Positions 24,187-36,885 of a stretch of DNA of 64,000 bases are shown in pieces. The translations under genes were made by a program, and so were the position numbers. The stretch comes from Macrostomum lignano (taxonomy: Eukaryota): NCBI GenBank assembly GCA_002269645.1, contig NIVC01001983.1, positions 1 through 64,000 on the forward strand, read 5' to 3'. The notes under the pieces are model-generated. The model was not told the origin of the DNA and made no database searches. It saw only the letters and a list, made by a program, of their open reading frames with translations. The number at the start of each line of letters is the position of its first letter. Position 1 is the first letter of the stretch.

Positions 24187-24630
24187 TGAGAGAGAGAGAA
24201 AGAGGAGAGAGAGAGAGAGAGATAGAGAGAGAGAGAGTCAGTCAAGAGAGAAGAGAGAGAGAGAAGAGAAGGGAGGGCCAAGAGAGAATCATGTGTGCTT
24301 TGTCCAGGGCCAAGAGAGAGAGAGAGAGAGGGTCAGTCATGTGCGCTTTGTCCAGGACCGAGAGAGAATCATGTGTGCTTTGTCCAGGGCCAAGAGAGAA
24401 TCATGTGTGCTTTGTCCAGGGCCAAGAGAGAATCATGTGTGCTTTGTCCAGGGCCAAGAGAGAGAGAGAGAGGGTCAGTCATGTGCGCTTTGTCCAGGAC
24501 CGAGAGAGAATCATGTGTGCTTTGTCCAGGGCCGAGAGAGAATCATGTGCGCTTTGTCCAGGACCGAGAGAGAATCATGTGTGCTTTGTCCAGGGCCGAG
24601 AGAGAATCATGTGTGCTTTGTCCAGGGTCA
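24187..24630. repeat. (GA)n grading into a 32-bp minisatellite
   Basis: GAGAGAATCATGTGTGCTTTGTCCAGGGCCAA units. Confidence 0.9.
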
Positions 24631-25427
24631 AGTTGGAGTAATGTATCTTTAAAAGTGTTTCGTTGCCAAATGGTTTCGTGTCTCGGTGCCAAGCCGCTGT
24701 CTGCACCCCCGACACCCGGCATTCGCAGGAGCGGCGGGCAGCCCAACACCAAAATTGGCGAACGCGTGACGGCAATTCCTTCGAAGTTTCACCACTTCGA
24801 ATTTGCAGCAACGCTTCTACGAACCAAGAGGCATGCCGAAACTCTGCGTGCTTTCATAACTTGCTCTACAATTTTTGTACCTGAAGATTGACTGCTACTC
24901 CAAAGCATGGGTTATCGATTTTTATAATAAATCTGGGCAAAGATGCTCTATTTTTGGGTCCACAGGTTATCCGAGTCAGCGCCGTCGGCTTTCGTATTCT
25001 AAGAAAGGCAATTCTGCTTTAAAAGAACGTCCGTAGATTCACCAAAATTGTACATTTTTTGCTTTCCTTCTCTGTATGGTAATTTTAATTGTAATTTTTG
25101 CTTTAGTCAGTTGGCTCCTGTATTTGTTTTAATTCTTATTGCGAAACCAATTCAAGTTACGCAGCCAAGCATTTAGCCCCCGCTCTGTGAACAGCTGCTG
25201 ACATTCAGTAGAATAAATGCCGCAACCTACTTGATTCATGACGCAGTAAAAATCTGTCGAGTTAATTATTACCGTGAAATTGAGCGATAGATAATCGGCT
25301 CCGAATGTGAAAGATTGATGAGTGTTTATGCTGTGGCTGCATTTTCTTGCCTTCTGATCGTAATTTATGATAGTTGGTTCCCGCTTAGCGAAGAAACTGC
25401 AGCAGCAGAATATGGGGAGATAATCGA

Positions 25428-26640
25428 CAGAAACAGTAAACTACAGAACCAGTAAACTACAGAAACAGTAAAATACAGAAACAGTAAAATACAGAAACAG
25501 TAAAATACAGAAACAGTAAACTACAGAAACAGTAAACTACAGAAATGGAATCTACAGAAACAGTAAACTACAGAAATGCAATCTACAGAAACAGTAAACT
25601 ACAGAAATGCAATCTACAGAAACAGTAAACTACAGAAATGCAATCTACAGAAACAGTAAGCTACAGAAATGCTATCTACAGAAACAGTAAACTACAGAAA
25701 TACAATCTACAGAAACAGTAAGCTACAGAAATGCAATCTACAGAAACAGTAAACTACAGAAACAGTAAGCTACAGAAACAGTTAACTACAGAAACAGTAA
25801 GCTACAGAAATGCAAACTACAGAAACAGTAAACTACAGAAATGTAATCTACAGAAACAGTAAACTACAGAAACAGTAAACTACAGAAACAGTAAGCTACA
25901 GAAACAGTTAACTACAGAAACAGTAAGCTACAGAAATGCAAACTACAGAAACAGTAAACTACAGAAATGTAATCTACAGAAACAGTAAACTACAGAAACA
26001 GTAAACTACAGAAATGTAATCTACAGAAACAGTAAACTACAGAAACAGTAAGCTACAGAAATTCAAACTACAGAAACAGTAAACTACAGAAATGTAATCT
26101 ACAGAAACAGTAAACTACAGAAACAGTAAGCTACAGAAACAGTTAACTACAGAAACAGTAAGCTACAGAAACAGAATCTACAGAAACAGTAAACTACAGA
26201 AATAGAATCTACGGAAACAGTAAGCTACAGAAATGCAATCTACAGAAACAGTAAGCTACAGAAATGCTATCTACAGAAACAGTAAGCTACAGAAATGCTA
26301 TCTACAGAAACATTAAGCTGCAGAAATGCTATCTACAGAAACAGTAAACTACAGAAATGCAATCTACAGAAACAGTAAGCTACAGAAACAGTAAGCTACA
26401 GAAACAGTTAACTACAGAAACAGTAAGCTACAGAAACAGAATCTACAGAAACAGTAAACTACAGAAATAGAATCTACAGAAACAGTAAGCTACAGAAATG
26501 CAATCTACAGAAACAGTAAACTACAGAAATGCAATCTACAGAAACAGTAAGCTACAGAAATGCAATCTACAGAAACAGTAAGCTACAGAAATGCTATCTA
26601 CAGAAACTGTAAGCTACAGAAATGCTATCTACAGAAAGCT
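25428..26640. repeat. 16-bp minisatellite (CTACAGAAACAGTAAA and variants), about 1.2 kb
   Basis: Long intergenic array between Shaw and DEG/ENaC. Confidence 0.97.
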
Positions 26641-28015
26641 ACAAAAGCAGCAATTGCGGAAGCCAGTTTCAGTTCCAATAAAGCAGTCGCAATAATTCCC
26701 CTGCCCTTCATCAATTTAGCGCCACAATTATGAAGTCAGCCCAATTTCAAGCTCATTCCGGAGCAGCCGCTGCAATCGGGCGCTGAGCCCAAGCAGAAGT
26801 CCAAACTACACAGCTTGAAACAACATCGCCAACAAAATCAGTTCAATTCTTCCCGCCGCGTATCAAAGGCAATCAAAAGTAGCAACTGACTGAAATACGC
26901 TGGCATCGTTTCCGAAGGAGGCCGTCATCAAAAGCGCAACAGGTCCAGCCTCCCCCCCAATGATGGAGAGTGGCAGCAACTGTGAGCAGCCACCACCCAG
27001 CACTAAGTCAGCTGCCGACTTTGTTGACACAGAAAACATGCAATCCGCCAGATGAGAAAATGGCCGGGAAAACACCCATGAGTTGGAGAGGCGAAAATAA
27101 AATAGCTGGGCGGAGAGCCAGCTGCTGTTTGTCGTCATGGCGACCGCAATCACAAGGCGGAGAGAAAGGATTGGAAACTTGAGCTGCAAGTCGTGTAATG
27201 GATGCAGTAAACTGATGAATGAAAGCCTGAGACTCTCGCGCTCACTAATTCCAGACTCTTAGCTCCTCTCATCTCTACTTCTCTCGCCCCCCTTTTTACC
27301 CACTCTATCTTCATGCCCTCCGTTTCTCACGTCCTCCTTCTCTTCTCTCCCTCTGTCTCCCTTCTTTTTCCCTCTTCATCTTGACCCTTCCTTCCCACCA
27401 GCTCTTCCTCTCTATCCTGTCTATTCTATCTATTTTATTGTATTCTACCTAATAAAAGAATTCTATCTATTCTTTTTTCCTTTTACGAGTATATCCCTCA
27501 CTTACAACCCGCTCTCAACCCTCACGTCCTTATAATCTCCATCTCCCCATCCTTTCTCTCCCTCTCTCCCTCTCTCCCTCCCTGCCCCCTCCCTCTCAAC
27601 GTCACTCTAAGATTTTTCACAGCTCCTGTCTTTTCTCACCCTACTCGGCATTCGAGTAGTTTCTCCCCAACCGCCTGGCTATCTCTGTTTATTTTCTATC
27701 TTCTTTATCCGGTTGGCAAACTTATCCAAGCGTTTCGACTTGAACAAAATATACATGAGCTCCATAAATGCATTTTACCAAGCTTTCGGGTAGATTTCCC
27801 ATATTTCTCAGTGAGTTTCTGGCTCTCGGTCAGTCGCCTCCGGCCATTGGAGCATTGGCATCGGAGTCCTCCCCTGCCCTCTCCGACACCCAAACTGCTC
27901 CCACCATTCCCTGCTCAGGGCGCACTCGTGTTAGAGTAGAGACCATAAAAGCCTGGACTGCACAAGGCCTCTTGAACACTGGGAGAGACTGTTGAAGCGC
28001 GAGCTCAACCCAGCC

Positions 28016-29374
28016 ATGGAAATCGGTGTCCAGTCCATCAACGAGTTCGTCCGGTCCACCACGGCCCACGGATTCAACCGGGCCTACGAGAGCAAGTCGG
28101 TGCCGATCCGGTGCATGTGGCTGCTGTTCCTGCTGGCTGCCATGGGCGGCTTCGCCTACAACCTGGCCCTGCTCATCACCAACTACCTATCGACGCCGAT
28201 CTCGGCAACCATCACGCCCGGCGCAATCCAGTTCCAGACGCCCGACATCACTGTCTGCTCCGTGGCGCCCGTTTCGTCAACCAATTTCTACGAAACTGTC
28301 ACTAAGCGCCCGGATGTTTTTGCCCAGTTGTACGCCCAGGCCTCAGGTGTGCAGACCACCGTCTACAGCAAAGGACTGGCCTTGTCCTCCGACATTCTGC
28401 TGCAGGTAATACATATTCTTGTTACTGGTTAGATCTTCAGTGAGTAAACACCTCCATCAAACAGCAAATCCATTCAAGTCAGTCCTCAATCTACAATAAA
28501 CGATTATTAGCTAATCATTATTTATTCTAAACGCAGGTGTCACGCGATGTATTCGACCCCAACTTACTACTAAAGTACCTTGGTCACAAGCGGGAGTACT
28601 TTATTGTACGCTGCCGATACAAGGGCGTCACGTGCAGTTATTCGGACTTTAGCGGCTTCTGGGACAGCAAGTACGGCAACTGTTTTAGATTTCAGCCGTC
28701 AGATCAGCTGTTGGATGCCACAAAAGATATTGTCGAGTTTCAACTTGAGTTGGTGAGTAGTTTTTTTTAGTGAGTAGCTCCTTTAGCTGAAGATGTGTTG
28801 AACCGTGTCTAGTACATATACTTCTCACGGTTCCGATTTTTGTATATCGGACTAGCACATGCGCCCCCTTTGGGGTTACAGTAAAGAGGACTATTTTCGG
28901 AAGAAAGGACAGCTCTCCGTTGATAATTAAGCACAGTGCGAGTAGTTTTTAACTATTACTTAATCGAACACTCGGCCTCCAGATCCTGTTCACGGACACG
29001 GCCCCAGTAGTGACCAACATAAACAGCAACACAATCTACGGGATGCTAACTGCCGGCATCACATTCGAAGGCGAGTACGACGCGTCGAAATCCGGCGGAG
29101 CGATTCTGTTCTACGGCGACAAAGACCACTATCCCAGGGACTTCATCAACCTGTCTCCCGGGGTGCAGTCCTACGTAGATTTCCAGATGGTGGAGCATCG
29201 GTGAGAAATTCCGGCTAGATTTATTGATTGATGGGTCAATTGATTGATTGATTGATTGATTAATTGGTTGGTTGATTTATTGATTGATTGATTGACTTAT
29301 TGATTAGTTGACTGGTTGATTTGTTGATTGCTTGATCGATCGATTAATTGATTGGTTGATTGGTTGGTTGGTTA

Positions 29375-29414
<40 letters not shown>

Positions 29415-31883
29415 ATTGATTAATTGATGGGTTGATGGGTTGATTGATGGGTCGATGGGTCGATTGACGGATTGATTGATTTAAAAAAGTGATTGCTTAT
29501 TTAAAGTGGACCGATTCCTTTTATGCACAGCTGAAACAACAGAACGTTACACTCAATTTTCTTACGTAGAATCAAGAGACTGAATTTGTCTATGGGGAAA
29601 ACCCATTTAGCGTTTTGAGTTTCCCCTCCAGCGTTTCCCCTCCGGACATTGCTCCTCTAAATGAAAATGGACATGAAAGTGAAACTGGCTGCTGTGTATT
29701 GAAAAAACTTGCTAGGGAGGGGGGCAGCGGAAGATGTGGCGACTGACACATTAGACACTTAATGACGCCACGAAAGCGGCCCATTTTATTCTTGTTTTCA
29801 CAGACGCAGGGGAAACGCCGGAGGCAAACGCCGGAGGGGAAACGCCGGAGGGGGAAACGCCGGAGGGGAAACGCCGGAGGGGAAACGCCGGAGGGCGGGA
29901 AACGCCGGAGGGGAAACGCCGGAGGGGAAACGCCGGAAGGGGAAGCGCTGGAGGGGAAACGCCGGAGGGGAAACGCCGGAGGGGAAACGCCGGAGGGGGA
30001 AGCGCTGGAGGGGAAACGCCGGAGGGGAAACGCCGGGGGGAAACGCCGGAGGGGAAACGCCAGAGGGGAAACGCCGGAGGGGGAAACGCTGGAGGGGAAA
30101 CGCCGGAGGGGAAACGCCGGAGGAGGAAACGCTGGAGGGGAAACGCCGGAGGGGAAACGCCGGAGAGGGAAACGCCGGAGGGGAAACGCCGGAGGGGAAA
30201 CGCCGGAGGGGGAAACGCTGGAGGGGAAACGCCGGGGGGGGGAAACGCTGGAGGGGGAAACGCCGGAGGGGAAACGCCGGAGGGGAAACGCCGGAGGGGA
30301 AACGCCGGTGGGGAAACGCCGGAGGGGAAACGCCGGAGGGGAAACGCCGGAGGGGAAACGCCGGAGGGGGAAACGCTGGAGGGGGAAACGCCAGAGGAGA
30401 AACGCCGGGGGGGAAACGCTGGAGGGGAAACGCCGGAGGGGAAACGCCGGAGGAGGAAACGCTGGAGGGGAAACGCCGGAGGGGAAACGCCGGAGGGGAA
30501 ACGCCGGAGGGGAAACGCCGGAGGGGAAACGCCGGAGGGGGAAACGCTGGAGGGGAAACGCCGGGGGAAACGCCGGAGGGGGAAACGCCGGAGGGGAAAC
30601 GCCGGAGGGGAAACGCCGGAGGGGAAACGCCGGAGGGGAAACGCCGGAGGGGAAAAACCAGAGGGGAAATGTCCGGTAGAATCCTTGCAGACTTTCATCT
30701 GAACTTGACCGCTTCTGCATGATTGAGAAATAAAAAGCTAAAAAGCCTGAGGCCTGTGCGAAGTAAAAACAGAAGGCAGGTGAAAGTTGAGCCAAATTGC
30801 AGCGGGAGGGTTCTGAGCAGAATTGAATCGCTCAAGTCGGCATGCAGTTTGAGCAAATGCTATTATCGATCGATTAGCGCTAATTGGTTTCGTAGAAAAA
30901 GTCTTCCAACGAGATTTCTTCTTTGGCAACCAAAACAAATACTGCATTCCGCTAGTGTCTTCAATCATCAATCATCTTCTCAGTGGTGAGCGGTAGAACA
31001 CTTGATCTCTGTGTCTCTGTGTGGATCAAATTGATTATATTTCTCGTTGTCAAAGCGACGTCTGATTCAACTCTGATAAAAAGCGGAGCGGACATAATTG
31101 ACCCAGACTAATGAGCCAATTAGACAATTATTTTTTTCTGTGGTGTCTTTCGCCAATTGTAAACAAAGTTTTATTGACTTTCAATGGAAAATCAAACTTT
31201 TCTGCGCTTTTGCATAGAACGTTGTGGCAGGCGTTTTCATCCTGTTATGTGTTGAAATACGAGTATGCACTCCTCAATATTGAGCTGAGGAGAAACATGT
31301 AAAGGCCGCGTGGACAACTGATGCAAAAGGACGATAGACTCGGTTTTCTTAGAAGTGAGCTGGAGGCTGGTAGAGAATGTTCATGTATTTTTCTCGAATC
31401 GCTAGTGAATTTAGTGTGCAGTTGTGTCGAGAACTCATAGCGCTGAATGGGGTTTTGCCATAGACAAAATCGATCGAGAAAAATTCGATTTTACTACAGT
31501 TGTCTAATGAGATCAGGGACTTCAATAAGTAATTACGATTTTTAAAATCAACCAACCAATCAATCAGACAATCAATCAGACAATCAATCAGACAATCAAT
31601 CAGACAATCAATCAGACAATCAATCAATAAGACAATCAATCAATCAGACAATCAATCAGACAATCAATCAGACAATCAATCAGACAATCAATCAGACAAT
31701 CAATCAGACAATCAATCAGACAATCAATCAGACAATCAATCAGACAATCAATCAGACAATCAATCAGACAATCAATCAGACAATCAATCAGACAATCAAT
31801 CAGACAATCAATCAGACAATCAATCAGACAATCAATCAGACAATCAATCAATCAGACAATCAATCAATCAGACAATCAATCAG

Positions 31884-31934
<51 letters not shown>

Positions 31935-32053
31935 GACAATCAATCAATCAATCAATCAGACAATCAATCAATCAGACAATCAATCAATCAATCAATTAAT
32001 CAATCAATCAGACAATCAATCAGACAATCAATCAGACAATCAATCAGACAATG

Positions 32054-32092
<39 letters not shown>

Positions 32093-33514
32093 TAATCAAT
32101 CAATTAATCAATCAATCAGACAATCAATTAATCAATCAGACAATCAATTAATCAATCAATTAATCAATCAATCAGACAATCAATTAATCAATCAGACAAT
32201 CAATTAATCAATCAATTAATCAATCAATTAATCAATCAATCAGACAATCAATCAATCAATCAGACAATCAATCAACCAACCAACCAATCGAAAATCCTCC
32301 CAACCCACCAAAGCTACGTGAACCGGAACTCGAAGCCCTGCAGCAGCGCTAACGGCCACGTGTTCTACGAGGACTCCAGCGGCAGCCGAATCAGATTCAA
32401 GCGGAACCGCATCGACTGCCAATACCGGATGCTGCTTGACAAGATTTTCGCCGACTGCAGCTGCTTCTCAACCCGCATGGCGCCACCGTATTTCACTGTC
32501 GCCGAGCAGTTTAACGTTAGCCGCTGCCAGTACCTGGACAGCGCCACGAACAGTTCCATCTTCATCGCCAAGCGGAACTGCGAGAAGCAACGAATCGAGA
32601 CTAAGAGCACCTACTTCAACGACATCGTGTCCAGCTGCCTGCCGAACTGCATCGAACGAATCTACACCCCCATCATCTCCATGACCTCCTGGCCATTGAA
32701 CAGCCTAGCAGTGAAATGCAAGGATACGGTGATGAACGAAACCATCGACCGGCTGGTGGCCAACAATGTCACCGTGCCGGACACGTTCTACTACTTCCTG
32801 CGCAACCTCACCACAATTGCCGATGTGCAGCGCGAGTTTTCAAGCAACTTTGCCCAAGTCAGCCTCGGCGCCTACACGGCCTTCAGCGAGCTGGTGAAGG
32901 AGACCGAGTCCTTCCAGATATTCGACCTGTTCTCCAGCATCGGCGGCATTCTCGGCCTCTATCTGGGCATGTCGCTGCTCACCGTGTGCGAACTGTGCGA
33001 GCTGTTCTTCGTAGTCATCTCCGAGCTGCAGACGGCCGCCAAAGGCTACAAGGACCGCAAAGAGTGGAAGGAGCAGCTGCGGCACAAACGCCAGGTGGCC
33101 ATCCGAGCGCTGAGCCGCGTGCTGGCCGTCCAGGACCTCGGAGACGACGACCCGGAGAAGGTCAGCGGCTCGGACACCAGCAGCCTGGACACGGGGCGCT
33201 CCAGCCTGGACACCAGCCTGGCCGAGGAGATCCGGGCACCACCGGCGAAGAAGAATCCTCCGGCGATGACGGCGACAGTGACGGCTGTGACAGCGCCGGC
33301 GTCGAAGCCGCAGTCTCAGGCCAGGTTCCCGTCAGTCAGCAGGCTGCAGATGTTCAGCAGGCAGCAGGCTGGAAGGAAACAGCAGCCGCCGCCGCCACCA
33401 CCGCCGCCACCGCCAAAGGCGAAGCCGCCGTCGCAGCAGCAGCAGCAGGCGACGAAGCCACGCGTCACCCGCGTGACCCCCGCCATGCCCGGGCAGCCGG
33501 TGTACAAGGAGTGA
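28016..33514 (+). CDS. DEG/ENaC (amiloride-sensitive, ASIC/FaNaC superfamily) cation channel, about 674 aa
   Basis: Exons 28016-28405, 28537-28752, 28983-29200, 32314-33514, in phase. N-terminal STTAHG (HG motif), TM1 CMWLLFLLAAMGGFAYNL, post-TM1 TPDITVCS, KYGNCFRF, Cys-rich thumb (DCQYR..ADCSC..CLPNCIE), TM2 FDLFSSIGGILGLYLGMSLLTVCE with the GxS filter. Confidence 0.92.
29218..29480. repeat. (GATT)n microsatellite at the 5' end of DEG/ENaC intron 3
   Basis: Degenerate TTGA/TTGG tetramer run. Confidence 0.95.
29810..30670. repeat. 14-15-bp G-rich minisatellite (GGAGGGGAAACGCC)
   Basis: Tandem array; ORFs 29590-30795 on both strands are artefacts of it. Confidence 0.97.
31546..32289. repeat. 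(AATC)n / (CAATCAATCAGA)n microsatellite at the 3' end of DEG/ENaC intron 3
   Basis: Tetramer and 12-mer run ending 24 nt before the acceptor. Confidence 0.97.
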
Positions 33515-34017
33515 CGGGTGCACCGCGGGAGCAACTGTTGGAGTGAAGACGTGTAACGTCAAACTGGAACATGCTAGGGCCTTCAACTTTTTTGGGGAAA
33601 TTCTGGGGAAATCCAGTTATCCATTTTTGCATCAGGCCTTCAAGTTCGAGTCCTTTTTCAATATCTACACAATCTCTCCACACATCTTTCTCTCGTCCTC
33701 TCACTCTCCCTGACCATCTCTTCCTCCGTCTCCATCCCTCCTTGTGCCATTCAATTTCGCAGTGATTCAATATTTTATTTTTGAAAGCAAAAACTTTAAA
33801 CAATTTTTTTCTCAAATTAGAAAATGAAAACAAAAATGCACCAAACACAGTCCACTTGTTATTCAACGTTACACCTGTACGCATCCTTGATTCGCACAAT
33901 CAGGAAGTCTAATATTGTCAGGTAGAATTTATCAGCGTGTTTTATGAAAACGACCATGTAGATAGACTGATGGTTGAGTGATTATTTTTCTACTACAGGT
34001 ACTAGTATGCACTACTT

Positions 34018-34200
34018 GTAAAAGTACATTCACGTTCTTATAATGAGCCTGAGTCTGAGCGTCATGCTGTGGACAGCTTGTAAAAGTACAGTCACGTTCT
34101 TATAATGAGCCTGAGTCTGAACGTCATGCTGTGGACAGCTTGTAAAAGTACAGTCACGTTCTTATAATGAGCCTGAGTCTGAACGTCATGCTGTGGACAG
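34018..34200. repeat. About 61-bp tandem triplication
   Basis: GTAAAAGTACAGTCACGTTCTTATAATGAGCCTGAGTCTGAACGTCATGCTGTGGACAG x3. Confidence 0.9.
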
Positions 34201-35090
34201 TTCTTTAGTCCGACATGGGTCTCTATTTTTTAAACTGTTTTGACAAACTTTCCTTTTTTAAAATTCATGTACATTTTAGAATTTGATGCCTACTCAATTT
34301 CGAACTGTAATTTTGCACTACCCTCTGCTAACTCTGATTACACAAGCAACCAATGGCAGCACGGAGAGCACAGAGCTTTGAGAACACAGACACAAATACC
34401 ACATGCAAAAGCATCTATAAACGCGAATATTTAAACCACAACGATTTTTTAAAAAATGCAAACTCTGAATGAATGTGACAGTACCGTATTTCTTACTATG
34501 CAAGCAGACAGATTTTAGCAAGTTGTTCCATTCTCAAATAATAAACAGAACAGATTTTACAATTGGTTTGCCATTGGTGCATTCTGAAAACATGCATTGG
34601 CTACTTTTCGCCAAACGGGGGACAAGGGGGGGCATGTCCTACCCAAATACAGTTACGGGTAACATGCTACAAAGTGCCCCAACCATGACAATTGAGGTAG
34701 CAGGAAGCTAGACTCATTTTTCTTAGAAATGAGCGGGAGGCTAGTGAGGAACATGTGCATGCATTTGTCTTATCTCTAGTGCTCATAGCTCTGAATAGGG
34801 GGTTCTGCCATAGACAGATTCAGACAAGAAAAATCCAATTCATTACCGAGATCCAGTTCATTTCGAAGAAATTCGATCGAGTGTAGCGCACCTTTACTTC
34901 AGGTGATCACGCAAAAAAATTACCAACGCGCCTCTATCAAAAAAGTTATTTACACCTACCTGAATCTCTGGCATCTTACAGTGCTATAAGAGTAATTTGA
35001 TGGTCAGAGAGTGCAATTGTGTTTGATGGCGGTAAAGCACTGTTATCATGTTTTAATTCTCCGTGTTTGCAAAATATTCTGCTGAGCATG

Positions 35091-35139
35091 GGGGTTGTAG
35101 CCTAGTGGTTAGAGCTTCAGACTCACGACTTGAAGGTCG
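35091..35139 (+). mobile_element. Truncated SINE family A head
   Basis: GGGGTTGTAGCCTAGTGGTTAGAGCTTCAGACTCACGACTTGAAGGTCG matches the family A head and stops before the B box. Confidence 0.65.
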
Positions 35140-35620
35140 CAGACTCACGCAGACGGTGCAAGAGATGCTGACGGTCCAGGCACTCTACCGGCGGGGACAG
35201 ACATGCGCTCGGTGTTTCGTCGACTTCCTGTCTGGCTGACGCCAACGCCCTGGATTCGGTCGGTAGCGTGGCCTATGCTCGCGCCCTGTGACGCGATGAC
35301 GCCAGCGCCCCGGATTCGGTCGGTAGCGTGGCTTATGTTCGCGCTCTATGATGCGATGCTGTTTTTAAAAGACCTGACCAACGTATTTTGTTTTTTGTTT
35401 TTGTTGTCGACGAAGCATTCACTGTTTGTTCTCGGCTTTATGATATTAACTATTTTGACGAGAATTAGCCCCATCTCAACTGGTAGTTAAACACACGATT
35501 TTTCTAAGTGTTTTAACGCGGCATTCCTTTGAATTTATAACTACCTTTAGGGTACTTGACTCTACAATGAAAAGTTTATGCAACAACGTGTTTAGAGTCA
35601 AAGGCCAAACACCAAAGTAG

Positions 35621-36837
35621 CTACTGCTGGTTAAGCGGATCAGCCCAGGTATCGTAGGCTGGCGCAGTGGAGCCGCTGGGCGCGGGGAACAGGCAGCAGG
35701 TGAGCAGATTAGCCAGCAATCCCACGGCTAGCAGACAGCCGGGCAGCAGGAACACCAAAGCCAGCTGAGTGTACAACACGCTACCGTCAATCAGCAGCAG
35801 TAGCAGAAGCAGCAAGCTGGCCGCGGCAGCAACGCAGTAAATTGGCGTGAAGAACAGCGTGTAGAACTCCTGCCAGGGCCGGTCGTCCAGCAGGAACAGG
35901 TGCTGGTCGATGACGCCCTCGCCTGGCGCCCAGTGACGCTTGCCGCCTCTGGCGCTGCCTGCGGAGCTCAGCAGAATTTGATGCTGCGCCAGCTGCTGGT
36001 GCTGCTGAGCCTGCTGCTGCCCGGACCGAGCCAGGCCGCTGCTCCACTCGTCCGGCCCGACCGAGGTCTCGCTGCCGTCTGCGGGTAGGCCGGTTCGGGT
36101 CTGCCCGTCTGGATGCTTTCTTGCCTGTCTTAACATCTGTTTGTCTTAGTGCTTGTCTATTCTAGTGCCTGTTCATCTTATTAATAATACAGTTTATTAT
36201 AACGATTAATTAAATCTGACCCAATTGGATCAGATATGAAACCGACAGCTCAGCCGCAGCTATTGCGCGACGCATCTGAAGGCTGCGTACGGCTGTTCAG
36301 TCCAAGACTGGGGGAGAGGTCGCCACACACCCTCAATTACCCCAGCTAATGCTGACAATCATTTTAAAGCTGGGTGAACTGAAGCAATGCAGAGTGTCAT
36401 GCTCAAGGACACAAACTGTTCCGAGTGAGTCGAGAATCGAGCCTCCGACCTTTCAGTCGTGAGTCCGAAGCTCTGACCATTAGGCTACAACCCCTCCTGT
36501 CCGTCTAAGAGTACGTCTATCTTATTGTCTTAGTATCTGTCTGTCAATCTCTGTCAGTCTCACTGCCGAGTCTTGCCCAGACCCCCTATCACAGTTCCGG
36601 CCGTCGCCGCTCACCCAGCCTAGCAGTATTTCCCATATAATTGAGATCCTCGGCCTCCCAGTCCTCATCCGTGGTGGACACCGGCGAGTCAGACGGATAG
36701 CCGGCTATGAGCTTCTGATTGGCCCGCCGGAACATCCTGGGATGCATGCCGCTCTGCCGAGTCGTGCTGCTCCCTCTGCCATAGGCGCCGCCGCCGCCGC
36801 CACCGCCACCGCCGCTGCCACCGCTGCCACCGCCGCA

Positions 36838-36885
<48 letters not shown>

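Noticed and set aside
29590-30795. 300-400 aa ORFs on both strands
   Set aside because: Stop-free by-product of the G-rich minisatellite inside an intron.
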